Positions 31,133 through 40,239 of a stretch of DNA of 64,000 bases are shown one piece after another (the stretch's first letter is position 1; each line of letters opens with the position of its first letter). Under the pieces are notes generated by a model, which worked only from the letters and a program-made list of their open reading frames with translations, had not been told where the DNA came from and made no database searches. A program made the position numbers and the translations under genes. The stretch is from Geminicoccaceae bacterium (GTDB lineage Bacteria; Pseudomonadota; Alphaproteobacteria; Geminicoccales; Geminicoccaceae): positions 1,415-65,414 of the forward strand of contig JANWZN010000001.1 in the NCBI GenBank assembly GCA_025054575.1. Reading direction: 5' to 3'.

Positions 31133-31626
31133 CCGCAGACGCGTGTTGCATCGAGACGCCGACCCCGCGATCGGGGTATCGGCCTTGCGTCGGCATCTTT
31201 CTGCTCGGGCCGCACGGCAAGGTCTTCGTCGGCCGACGCCGCGACACCGAGGTCGAGGCTTGGCAAATGCCGCAAGGGGGGATCGACCCCGGCGAGAGCG
31301 TGCAGGCGGCTGCTCGGCGAGAGCTCCGCGAAGAGGTCGGCACCGACCGCGTCGCCCTGTTGCGCGAGAGCCCGGTCTGGCGATCCTACGACCTCCCGCC
31401 CGAGATCGCGGCGCGGATGTGGGAGGGGCGATACCGGGGCCAGACGCAGAAATGGGTCGCACTGCGATTCACCGGGGAGGACCGCGACATAAGGCTCGAC
31501 GGGCCGCACCCGGAATTCGTCGCCTGGCGTTGGGTCGAGCCCGACGAGCTGCCCGGTCTCGTCGTCCCCTTCAAGCGCTGCGTCTATCTCAGTGTCGTCG
31601 CCGAGTTCCGGTCCCTATGGGCTTGA
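31129..31626 (+). CDS. rppH: RNA pyrophosphohydrolase (NUDIX)
   Basis: ATG 31129 overlaps the upstream stop (ATGA). YRPCVGIFL, Nudix box GGIDPGESVQAAARRELREEVG, and QTQKW. Confidence 0.85.
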   Translation: MTADACCIETPTPRSGYRPCVGIFLLGPHGKVFVGRRRDTEVEAWQMPQGGIDPGESVQAAARRELREEVGTDRVALLRESPVWRSYDLPPEIAARMWEGRYRGQTQKWVALRFTGEDRDIRLDGPHPEFVAWRWVEPDELPGLVVPFKRCVYLSVVAEFRSLWA

Positions 31627-32386
31627 CCGTGGCGCTCGGGCCGGAGGGCGTCGGCGGTTTGGGGGCGTCCGTGGAAGAGCCGCCCGGTGCCGCTGGATCA
31701 CTTGCCGGCGCCACCCGCTGGCGCGGCGAGCCGGGCTCCAGGGCCAGCGGGACGGCTCGCTCCCGCAACGAACCGTGCTCGGTGCGGGCAGCCTCCACCC
31801 ACTCCCCGAGTGACGGGAGGGCCGCGATCGTCGCGACATAGTCGCGGCTCACGGCGTCCAGCGGAACGCCGCCCGTCACGAGGCGCAGCGAGATCGGCGC
31901 GAACATGGCGTCGGCCAGGGTGAACGCGCCGAAGAGAAACGGGCCGCCGGCGCCGAATTCGCGTCGGCACGAGCGCCAGAGGCATGCGACGCCGTCGATG
32001 TCGTGCTCGGCCGAGCGGGGCAGACGACCCGGGGGGCCGAACGAGGACAGCAGGTCCAGCGGCAGAAAAGTGCGAAGACCCCGGAAGCCCGCATGCGCCT
32101 CGTGCGCCACCGATCGCGCTACGGCGCGTGCTCTCGGATCTTGCGGCCACAGCCCGGGAACGTGCTCGGCCAGGAACTCGCCGATCGCGAGGGAGTCCCA
32201 GATCGGGACTTGGTCGACGAGCAGGACGGGCGGCTCGGGGAGCCAGGGGCCGTCGAGGCCGGGCAGATGCCCTTCGCGCCAGCGTTCGATCTCGAAGACC
32301 ACGTTCGCCTGACGCAGCGCCAGATAGGCCGCGAGCGAGCCTTCCGACGTGGCGCGATCGCCGATCAGGAGGACGAGTGTCGCCAT
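31589..32386 (-). CDS. glutathione S-transferase family protein
   Basis: 265 aa. GST N- and C-domain pattern. The ~45-aa Pro-rich C-terminal tail overlaps the rppH 3' end by 38 nt. Confidence 0.7.
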   Translation of the reverse strand: MATLVLLIGDRATSEGSLAAYLALRQANVVFEIERWREGHLPGLDGPWLPEPPVLLVDQVPIWDSLAIGEFLAEHVPGLWPQDPRARAVARSVAHEAHAGFRGLRTFLPLDLLSSFGPPGRLPRSAEHDIDGVACLWRSCRREFGAGGPFLFGAFTLADAMFAPISLRLVTGGVPLDAVSRDYVATIAALPSLGEWVEAARTEHGSLRERAVPLALEPGSPRQRVAPASDPAAPGGSSTDAPKPPTPSGPSATVKPIGTGTRRRH

Positions 32387-32588
32387 GGTTCGTCCGAGCC
32401 GCGGATCGCTGCGCTTGTGATCCCGCGGTCACAAAAAGCGCAAGCGCGTTGGATGAAATGGTATAGCATTAGGCGCTCTCGATGCCGAAAGATCGACCCG
32501 GCATTCGAGGACGCTACGTTGCGCGATCGGATGCGCGAGCCTAGGGTTCATCGGGCTCGCACTCCGAGCCATGCGATGGGGAGGCAAC

Positions 32589-33650
32589 ATGCGCAGTCGG
32601 TCGCTCGTGATCACGCTCGGCGTCGCGGTGAGCTGGGCGCTCGCCGGTCCCGCGGATGCCTGCACGCCGGACGACTGGAAAGCCTGCAAGGGCAAGCCCT
32701 GGGTCGACGGCGAGGTGATGGAGACGCCGCTCGGTTCGAAATGGTGGCCGCACCCGCTCTGGGGAGCGGGCGACGAAGCCGGCTCCACCAACTGGTACGC
32801 CAAGCCCGAGGTCGTCCTGCGGGCGCTCAAGGAGGCGGACAAGGGTAAAGTCTACAAGCTCGGCCAAGAATACGACTCCGAGATGCCGCTGTTCGGGTCG
32901 CGTCGGTTCAGCCTGCGGATCCCCGGCACGCCGACGGGCGGTCCGTTCGGCGCCAACAAGATCGTCTGGCACGACGAGTTCCTCGCCACCGAGATCGGCC
33001 AGGTGGGCACCCAGTTCGATGGGCTCGGCCATATCGGCGTCCAGGTCGGAGCGCCGGGCGACAAGACCGAGATGCGATTCTACAACGGCTTCACAGTGGC
33101 CGAAATCGGTGATGCCTACGGCCTCAAGAAGCTCGGCGTGGAGAAGCTCCGGCCGATCGTCGCACGCGGCGTGCTGCTCGACATCGCCGGCGCCAAGGGC
33201 GTCGAGATGCTGGATGCCGGTTACGAGATCACGATGGCCGACGTTCGCCTGGCTCTCGAAAAACAGGGCATGAAAGATTTCAAGTTCGAGCCGGGCGATG
33301 CGCTCCTGTTCTACACGGGTTGGTCGAAGCTCTGGAAGAAGGACAACGCCAAGTTCAACAGCGGCGAGCCCGGCTGGGGGATGGAGGTCGCCCGCTGGAT
33401 GGCCGAGCAGGTCAAAGCGGGCGTGACCGTCGCCGATACCTGGGCCGGCGAGGTCGTGCCGAACCGCGATCCGGCCTGCGCGTTCTGCGTCCATCAGTAT
33501 CTCCAGACCCGCCACGGGATCATCCATCAAGAAAACGCGAAGCTCGACGAGCTGGTGCGGGACAAGGTTTGGACGTTCGCGTACATCTACAGCCCGGCAC
33601 CGATCACCGGCGCGACCGGCTCCATCGGCGCGCCCATCGCGATCGACTGA
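32589..33650 (+). CDS. secreted cyclase-family protein (kynurenine formamidase-like fold)
   Basis: ATG 32589 is preceded by GGGGAGG. Signal peptide MRSRSLVITLGVAVSWALAGPADA. Cyclase-family GTQFDGLGH motif. Confidence 0.75.
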   Translation: MRSRSLVITLGVAVSWALAGPADACTPDDWKACKGKPWVDGEVMETPLGSKWWPHPLWGAGDEAGSTNWYAKPEVVLRALKEADKGKVYKLGQEYDSEMPLFGSRRFSLRIPGTPTGGPFGANKIVWHDEFLATEIGQVGTQFDGLGHIGVQVGAPGDKTEMRFYNGFTVAEIGDAYGLKKLGVEKLRPIVARGVLLDIAGAKGVEMLDAGYEITMADVRLALEKQGMKDFKFEPGDALLFYTGWSKLWKKDNAKFNSGEPGWGMEVARWMAEQVKAGVTVADTWAGEVVPNRDPACAFCVHQYLQTRHGIIHQENAKLDELVRDKVWTFAYIYSPAPITGATGSIGAPIAID

Positions 33651-33676
33651 CTCTCGTGTCCGGCCGGAGCTCGGGA

Positions 33677-34372
33677 ATGGCGGCGCCGTCCCCGGGTTCC
33701 GGCCCGGTTACCTCCGAATTCGCCGGGGCCGCTGCGGTCACGCTCGAAGGGCTGCGCTACACGATCGGCCCCCGGACGATCCTCGCTCTGGAATACTGGT
33801 CGGTGCCGGACAGGGGGCGGGCCCTCGTCCTGGGTCCCTCCGGGAGCGGGAAGACGACGCTCTTGCAGTTGCTCGCCGGTCTCGCCCTGCCTTCCGCCGG
33901 TCGGATCCTGATCGCTGGTCGCGATCTGGCTGCGATGAGCGAGGGCGACCGCGACGTCTTTCGCGGCCGGACGATCGGGTTCGTCTTCCAGGCCCTCCAC
34001 CTGGTGCGAGCACTGTCGGTGCTGGACAATCTACGGCTCGCCACGTTTCTGACCGGCACGGAGCGGAGCCGCGAGGAGCTCGAGGCCCTGCTCCAGGCCG
34101 TCGGGCTCGGCGAGCGCGCCGGCGCGCGACCCGCGGACCTCAGCCAGGGCGAGGCGCAGCGTGTGGCGATCGCGCGGGCACTCGTCAATCGGCCCCGGTT
34201 GATCCTGGCCGACGAGCCGACCTCGGCACTGGACGACCGCAACGCACGCACCGTGATCGAGCTCTTGCTCGCCCGCGCGGAGGAAGCCGGTGCGGCACTC
34301 GTCGTCGCGACCCATGACGCGCGCATTCTTCCGTGGTTCGAGCAACGACTCGAGCTCGGGAGCGGGCGATGA
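33677..34372 (+). CDS. ABC transporter ATP-binding protein (MacB/LolD-like)
   Basis: Walker A GPSGSGKTT, signature LSQGEAQRV, Walker B ILADEPTSALD. Confidence 0.85.
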   Translation: MAAPSPGSGPVTSEFAGAAAVTLEGLRYTIGPRTILALEYWSVPDRGRALVLGPSGSGKTTLLQLLAGLALPSAGRILIAGRDLAAMSEGDRDVFRGRTIGFVFQALHLVRALSVLDNLRLATFLTGTERSREELEALLQAVGLGERAGARPADLSQGEAQRVAIARALVNRPRLILADEPTSALDDRNARTVIELLLARAEEAGAALVVATHDARILPWFEQRLELGSGR

Positions 34373-35649
34373 ACTTGCTTCGTTTGGCGCTCGCTTATCT
34401 CGTCGACCGGCTCGGCACGACGATCCTGACGATCTTGCTCCTGGCCCTGGGCGTCGCCACGGTCACGGTCATTCTCTTGGTCGGCCACCAACTGCGCGAC
34501 CGCATCGGCCGCGAGATCGCGGGCGTCGACCTCGTCGTCGGCGCCAAGGGCAGCCCGCTCCAGCTCATCCTTTCGGCCGTGTTCCAGATCGACGTGCCGA
34601 CCGGCAATGTTCCTCTGGCCGAGGCCGACATCGTGCGCCGACACCCGCTCGTGGCGCGCGCGATCCCGATCGCGATGGGCGATACGGCGGGAGGGTTTCG
34701 GATCGTCGGCACCGAACCGACTCTGCTCGAGATGCGAGGTGCCGCGCTCGCCCGCGGCCGGATCTGGCAAGCGCCGATGGAAGCCGTGCTGGGTGCCGCG
34801 GTCGCGCGTGCGAGCGGTCTCGATCTCGGCGCGACCTTCGTCGGCGCCCACGGTCTCGGCGGGACCGGCTTCGCCCATGCCGAGCACCCCTACACGATCG
34901 TCGGTATCCTCGCGCCCACGGGGACCGTGCTCGATCGCTTGATCCTGACCGCGGTCGAAAGCGTCTGGCAGGTCCATGCGCCGGCGCGGCCACAACCGAC
35001 GGGGCCGCCCGCGGCCGAGGAGCACGGAGCCGAAGCACACGGGGACGGCGCGCACCGGCACGGGGAACAGGAGGGCCATGTCGCGCGGCGCGCGCCACCC
35101 GAGAAGGCCGAGATCACCGCCCTGCTGGTCCGCTATCGCTCGCCGCTCGCGGCCGTCCAGCTTCCGCGCCTGGTCAATGCGCAGCCTTCGCTACAAGCCG
35201 CCTCGCCCGCCTTCGAGGCGGCGCGGCTCCTTGCAATCGTCGGTTTCGGGCTCGATGCGTTCCGTCTGGTCGGAATCGTGCTGGTGACGGCCGCTGCGCT
35301 TTCCGTGTTCGTCGCGCTGAGCAACGCCCTCGAGGAGCGCCGCGGCGATCTCGCGCTGATGCGCGTGCTCGGGGCGACCCGCGGCCTCGTGTTCCGCTCG
35401 CTGCTGCTCGAGGCGCTGCTGCTCACCGGTTCGGGACTGGTACTCGGCCTCGTTCTCGGGCATTCGACGGTCGAGGTTCTGGCGGCGCTGTTTCGGCAGG
35501 CGAGCGAGGCGGGCATGACGGGGTGGGTCCTGGCCCCGGAGGAGCTGTGGCTGCTACCGGGCGTCCTCGGTCTGGGCCTGCTCGCGGCGTCGATCCCGGT
35601 GATCCGCGCCTATCGTACCGATCTCGCCTCGACCCTGGCTCGTGCTTAG
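34369..35649 (+). CDS. FtsX-like (MacB-type) ABC permease with a His-rich loop
   Basis: ATG 34369 overlaps the ATPase stop (ATGA). TM1, a large extracytoplasmic domain, then 3 TM segments. The loop HGAEAHGDGAHRHGEQEGH is at nt 35023-35079. Confidence 0.85.
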   Translation: MNLLRLALAYLVDRLGTTILTILLLALGVATVTVILLVGHQLRDRIGREIAGVDLVVGAKGSPLQLILSAVFQIDVPTGNVPLAEADIVRRHPLVARAIPIAMGDTAGGFRIVGTEPTLLEMRGAALARGRIWQAPMEAVLGAAVARASGLDLGATFVGAHGLGGTGFAHAEHPYTIVGILAPTGTVLDRLILTAVESVWQVHAPARPQPTGPPAAEEHGAEAHGDGAHRHGEQEGHVARRAPPEKAEITALLVRYRSPLAAVQLPRLVNAQPSLQAASPAFEAARLLAIVGFGLDAFRLVGIVLVTAAALSVFVALSNALEERRGDLALMRVLGATRGLVFRSLLLEALLLTGSGLVLGLVLGHSTVEVLAALFRQASEAGMTGWVLAPEELWLLPGVLGLGLLAASIPVIRAYRTDLASTLARA

Positions 35650-36171
35650 GTGGATCCCATGCTCGTGCGCGCAGCTCGTCTGTTCTCGATCCTACTTGCG
35701 GTCTGGTTCTCGAGCGCAACCGCAGCCGCCTTCACGCTTCAGCAGTTCGGTGCGCCCGGTTTTCGCGATCACGACCCCAAGAAGCTCGAGAAAGCCGGGG
35801 TGATCTCGTGGGATCTCCTGCGCGAGCTCGACGTGGTCTACGAGACCAAAGGCCCTGGGATGACGGATTTCAAGACCAGCTTCAGCTCGGATCTGGAGAA
35901 GCTCGACGGCAAGACGGTCAAGCTCGCAGGCTTCATGTATCCGACCGAGGCAGCCGAGACCTACCGGCGGTTCCTGTTCGCGGCCTATCCGCCCAACTGT
36001 CCCTTCTGCTTGCCCGGTGGCGCCACCGAGATGGTCGAGGTCGTGGCCAGTGTGCCGGTGCGGTTCACCTACGACCCGCTGATCCTGGAAGGACGCTTCG
36101 AGCTGCTCCGTGACGATCCCTCGGGCCTGCTCTACCGCCTGAACGACGCGCGACCCGTCACCCTCAACTGA
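35650..36171 (+). CDS. DUF3299 domain protein (secreted)
   Basis: 173 aa. Signal-like N-terminus and a DUF3299-like core (GKTVKLAGFMYP...PPNCPFC...E.VEV). Starts directly after the permease stop (GTG 35650 or ATG 35659). Confidence 0.7.
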   Translation: MDPMLVRAARLFSILLAVWFSSATAAAFTLQQFGAPGFRDHDPKKLEKAGVISWDLLRELDVVYETKGPGMTDFKTSFSSDLEKLDGKTVKLAGFMYPTEAAETYRRFLFAAYPPNCPFCLPGGATEMVEVVASVPVRFTYDPLILEGRFELLRDDPSGLLYRLNDARPVTLN

Positions 36172-36941
36172 TCGGTGCGATCGTCGAACGCGCCCTCGTC
36201 GTCTTCCCCGAGATAGGCCGACCGCACGGCGGGATCGCGCCGCACCTCCGCCGGCGCGCCGCTTGCGATCACGCGACCGTGAACCAGCACGGTGACCCGA
36301 TCGGCCAAGCGAAAGACGGCGTCCATGTCGTGCTCGACGAGCAGGATCCCCATCTCGGAACGAAGGCTCTCGAGCAAAGCCAGGAGCTGTTCCGCCTCCG
36401 CGGGGGCGACGCCGGCGAGCGGCTCGTCGAGCAACAGAACACGCGGGCGCTGCACCAGCGCCATCGCGAGCTCCAACAGCCGACGCTCGCCGTGGGCGAG
36501 GGTCGAGGCCGGCCGGTCCGCGAGCGCGCCGAGGCCGACCTTGTCGAGAGAAGACCGAGCGGGGCCGTTCAACGACTCGTCCGTTTCGGCGGCTCGCAGG
36601 AATCGGAAGCTCGAGCCGGCTCGCGCCTGGACCGCGATCGCAACGTTCTCGAGCACGGTGAAGCTCGGCAGCACGCTCGAGACCTGGAAGGTGCGGCCGA
36701 GCCCGAGCGCGGCTCGCGCGTGCACCGGCAAGGGCGTGATGTCGCGGCCGGCGAGGACGATCCGGCCGGCATCCGGCCGAAGCTCGCCTGCCAAGAGGCC
36801 CAGGAGCGTCGTCTTGCCGGCGCCGTTGGGGCCGATCACCGCGTGGATCTCGTTCGCTCGCAGCTCGAGGTCGAGGTCGGCGGCGGCCACGACCGCGCCG
36901 AAACTCTTGGCGAGCCCACGGGCGAGAAGGACCGCGGTCAT
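36132..36941 (-). CDS. livG: branched-chain amino acid-type ABC ATP-binding protein (LivG-like)
   Basis: ATG 36941 gives MTAVLLARGLAKSFG. Walker A GPNGAGKTT, Walker B LLLDEPLAG. The 3' end overlaps the DUF3299 gene by 40 nt (convergent). Confidence 0.8.
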   Translation of the reverse strand: MTAVLLARGLAKSFGAVVAAADLDLELRANEIHAVIGPNGAGKTTLLGLLAGELRPDAGRIVLAGRDITPLPVHARAALGLGRTFQVSSVLPSFTVLENVAIAVQARAGSSFRFLRAAETDESLNGPARSSLDKVGLGALADRPASTLAHGERRLLELAMALVQRPRVLLLDEPLAGVAPAEAEQLLALLESLRSEMGILLVEHDMDAVFRLADRVTVLVHGRVIASGAPAEVRRDPAVRSAYLGEDDEGAFDDRTDQLRVTGRASFRR

Positions 36942-37912
36942 CGCGGTGCGTCGATCCGCTGGACGAGACCGACGAGGCCGCCGCGGCCCGCGAGCACCAC
37001 GAGCACGAGGAACGGCCCGAACAGCAATGCCCAGTGCGTCGTCAACCGGGCCAGCACCTCTTCGAGCAAGACGAAGACGAACGCTCCGAGCACGGCGCCG
37101 TGCAGCGTGCCGAGGCCGCCCAGGACGACCATCGCCAAAAGCTCGCCCGAGCGGTGCCAAGAGAGATAGGCGGGTGCCACGAACTCCGTCAGGTTGGCGA
37201 GGAGCACACCGGCGAGCCCGGTGAGGGCACCCGAGATCACGAAGGCGACGAGCCGGAAGCGGCCGACCGCGAAGCCGAGCGCTGCCATGCGTCGCTCGTT
37301 CTCCTTGGCCGCCCGTAGCACGCGCCCGAACCGCGACCATCGCAGCTTTCTGAGGAACAGGTAGGCCGCGAGCAGGATCGAAAGGCTCAGCCAAGCCAGC
37401 GTCCGACGATCTGAAAGAGAAAGCCAGGTTCCGAACTGACTTCTTGTCCAGATCGTCAGACCATCGTCACCACCGTATCGGCTCAAGGAATTGGCTAGGT
37501 AGAAGAACATTTGGCCGAAAGCGAGCGTGATCATGATGAACTGGACGCCGCGCGTGCGCAGGCTGAGGCCGCCGACGACCAAGGCGGCCGAAGCCGCCGC
37601 GGCGACAGCCAGGGGCCACTGCACCCAACCGTTCGTCATCCCGTGCTCGGCCGAAATCCCGATCACGTAGGCGCCCACGCCGAGAAAGGCGGCATGGCCG
37701 AGGCTCACGAGCCCGGCGATACCCACGGCGAGATCGAGCGCGAGTGCTGCGAGTGCCAAGACGAGGGCACGCGTCAGCAGCTTGAGGTAGAAGGGCTGGT
37801 CGAGAAAATCGGCAATTACGAGCAAGGCCGCGATCGCTGTGAAGACCGCCGACGCGAGGATCGCCTCGGCCCGAGCCGCGGGCCGGCTCCGCTGTCGGGG
37901 TCGAGCCGTCAC
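36938..37912 (-). CDS. livM: branched-chain amino acid-type ABC permease (LivM-like)
   Basis: 324 aa, multi-TM, with LSLGHAAFLGVGAY. 4-nt overlaps with both neighbours. Confidence 0.8.
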   Translation of the reverse strand: MTARPRQRSRPAARAEAILASAVFTAIAALLVIADFLDQPFYLKLLTRALVLALAALALDLAVGIAGLVSLGHAAFLGVGAYVIGISAEHGMTNGWVQWPLAVAAAASAALVVGGLSLRTRGVQFIMITLAFGQMFFYLANSLSRYGGDDGLTIWTRSQFGTWLSLSDRRTLAWLSLSILLAAYLFLRKLRWSRFGRVLRAAKENERRMAALGFAVGRFRLVAFVISGALTGLAGVLLANLTEFVAPAYLSWHRSGELLAMVVLGGLGTLHGAVLGAFVFVLLEEVLARLTTHWALLFGPFLVLVVLAGRGGLVGLVQRIDAPR

Positions 37913-38838
37913 CGCGCCGCCCGACGAACCGGCATCAAGCCTCGAGGCCGAGCGAGCAGCACGCCCGCCATCACGAGATAGATGAGCATCGAGGCGAGCG
38001 CGGGACCGACCTCGTTGGCAGCCGCCGGGGGCAGAGCGAGGCGGAGCATGTCGGTGAGAAACGAGCGACCGAGGGTATCCGCGAGACCCACGAGCAGCGA
38101 GCCCAAGAGCGCCCCTTGGACCGAACCCGTGCCGCCCGTGACGATGACGACGAAAGCCAGGATCAGGATCTGATCGCCCATGCCCGGTTGGACCGCGACG
38201 ATCGGCCCCGCCATGGCACCAGCGAACCCGGCAAGGGCGGCGCCGGCCCCGAGGACGAGCAGGAACAAGCGGCGGACATCGACCCCGAGCATCTCAAGCA
38301 TCGCAGGATCGGTGGCCGCGGCGCGGACCAGCATGCCGGCGCGGGTCCGGGTCAGCACCCAGAACAGGAGGAAGGCCAGGATTGCGCCGGCCGCGATGAT
38401 GGCGAGCCGCCAGGCCGGATAGGTCGCGCCGCCGGGAAGGCGCACGCTCCATTCGAAGCCGGCCGGCAGAGGAAACGGCAGGGCAGCCGGCCCGAACAGA
38501 ACCCGGACGAGCTCGTTGACGAAGATCAGCACACCGAAGGTCGCGAGGACCTGATCGAGGTGATCGCGGTCGTAGACGAAGCGCAACACGAGCCGGTCGA
38601 GCGCGAGGCCGGCGCCCAGGGCGACGAGCGGGCCGGCCAGGACCGCCAGGGCGAAATGGCCCGAACGGACGAGGACGACGGCCGCTGCGTAGGCCCCGAC
38701 CATGTAGAGCACGCCATGGGCGAGGTTGATGACGTCCAGGATCCCGAAGACGAGCGTGAGCCCGGCCGCCACCAGAAACAAGAGCAAACCGAGCTGTACG
38801 CCGTTCAGGAGCTGAACGAGAAGAAGCAGCGGATCCAA
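37909..38838 (-). CDS. livH: branched-chain amino acid-type ABC permease (LivH-like)
   Basis: 309 aa, multi-TM, with the INLAHG motif. Confidence 0.8.
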   Translation of the reverse strand: MDPLLLLVQLLNGVQLGLLLFLVAAGLTLVFGILDVINLAHGVLYMVGAYAAAVVLVRSGHFALAVLAGPLVALGAGLALDRLVLRFVYDRDHLDQVLATFGVLIFVNELVRVLFGPAALPFPLPAGFEWSVRLPGGATYPAWRLAIIAAGAILAFLLFWVLTRTRAGMLVRAAATDPAMLEMLGVDVRRLFLLVLGAGAALAGFAGAMAGPIVAVQPGMGDQILILAFVVIVTGGTGSVQGALLGSLLVGLADTLGRSFLTDMLRLALPPAAANEVGPALASMLIYLVMAGVLLARPRGLMPVRRAAR

Positions 38839-38860
38839 GGCGTGCGCCGCGCTCGCAGCC

Positions 38861-40024
38861 TTACCACTTCATGGGGCAGTCCTTGGCATATTCGTCGCCG
38901 TAATCGGCGAAGACGAGATCGCCTTTGACCATTGCCGGCGTCCCGTCCGCCAGCTTACCCGGACTGACATAGTAAAAATCGTTGATCGGAATGTGGTTCG
39001 TGTTCAGCCGCCATTTCCCCTTCACCGAGGCGAACCGAGCGTTCCGGAGCGCATCACGGAGTGCGGTCTTGTCGTCCAAGCGCCCTCCCGTCGACCTCAC
39101 GGCAGCATCGATGAGCTGGGCGGCATCGTAGGCCTGCGCCGCGAAGTAGGACGGCACGTAGCCGTATTTCTTTCGGAAGTCGGCGACGAACCGAGCATTG
39201 GCCGGATTGTCGAAATCCGCCGCCCACTGCGAGGCGGAGACGAGCCCGTCTGCGGCATCGCCGAGTGCGGGCAGCGACGTGTCGTCGATGGTGAACGCCG
39301 AGAGGAGCGGGATCTGCTTCGTCAGGCCCGCCTGCGCGTACTGCTTGAGAAGTGCGATGCCGGGACCACCTGGCATGAAGGCGTAGACCGCTTCGGGCTT
39401 GGCTGCCTGGATCTTGGCGATCTCGGCCGAGAAGTCGACGGCACCCAGTTGCGTGTAGACCTCGTCGACGATCGTGCCTCGATAATAGCGCTTGAACCCG
39501 TTCAGCCCGTCCTTGCCGGCCTGGTAGTTCGGCGCGAGCAGAAACACCCGTCGATAGCCTTTGTCCTGGGCGTACTTTCCGAGCGCACTGTGGGTCTGGT
39601 CGTTTTGCCAGGAAGTCGAGAAGAAACGCTCCGAGCATTGGGCGCCGGCCACCGGCGACGGTCCGGCATTTGCGGAAATCAGGAAGGCCCCCGATTCGAT
39701 CGTCGGCTTGTAGATCGCCATCAGCACGTTCGAAAAGACGATGCCGACGACGAAATGGACTTTCTCCTTCTCGAGCAGCTTGTCGACTTCTTGGCGCGCG
39801 ACGTCGGGCTTGAGCTGATCGTCGACAATCGTGAGCTTCGTTTCGAGGCCGCCGAGACGGCCGCCGACATGGTCGAGGCCGAGCAGGAAACCATCGCGGA
39901 GATGCTGCCCGAGATTGGCACCCGGCCCGGTGAAGGTGGCCATGAAGCCGACCCTGAGCTCTTGAGCCGGGGCGCTGCCCGCCCACAGCACCATCGCGGC
40001 GGCAATTGCGATACCGAGCCGCAT
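38861..40024 (-). CDS. ABC substrate-binding protein (LivK/type I periplasmic binding fold)
   Basis: ATG 40024 is preceded by GGAGGAG (6-nt spacer). Signal peptide MRLGIAIAAAMVLWAGSAPAQE. Type I PBP pattern. Confidence 0.85.
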   Translation of the reverse strand: MRLGIAIAAAMVLWAGSAPAQELRVGFMATFTGPGANLGQHLRDGFLLGLDHVGGRLGGLETKLTIVDDQLKPDVARQEVDKLLEKEKVHFVVGIVFSNVLMAIYKPTIESGAFLISANAGPSPVAGAQCSERFFSTSWQNDQTHSALGKYAQDKGYRRVFLLAPNYQAGKDGLNGFKRYYRGTIVDEVYTQLGAVDFSAEIAKIQAAKPEAVYAFMPGGPGIALLKQYAQAGLTKQIPLLSAFTIDDTSLPALGDAADGLVSASQWAADFDNPANARFVADFRKKYGYVPSYFAAQAYDAAQLIDAAVRSTGGRLDDKTALRDALRNARFASVKGKWRLNTNHIPINDFYYVSPGKLADGTPAMVKGDLVFADYGDEYAKDCPMKW

Positions 40025-40239
40025 GCACGCTCCTCCCCTTCCTGGTCGTAGGCCCCAGTCGACGGCCCCGATCGACGGCCTCAACGACGGCATCGTGTGC
40101 CGGGACCTTGCCAGAGCGCGACCACCTTCTCCAGCCCCGTGGTGGCGCGGCGGCAGCCGGTTCTCTAGGATTTCGGGGACACCAGGGGCGAGCAGCGGAC
40201 GAACGGTCGATGGAAGCGGGGTCGGGCAGGGGCGGCGGG

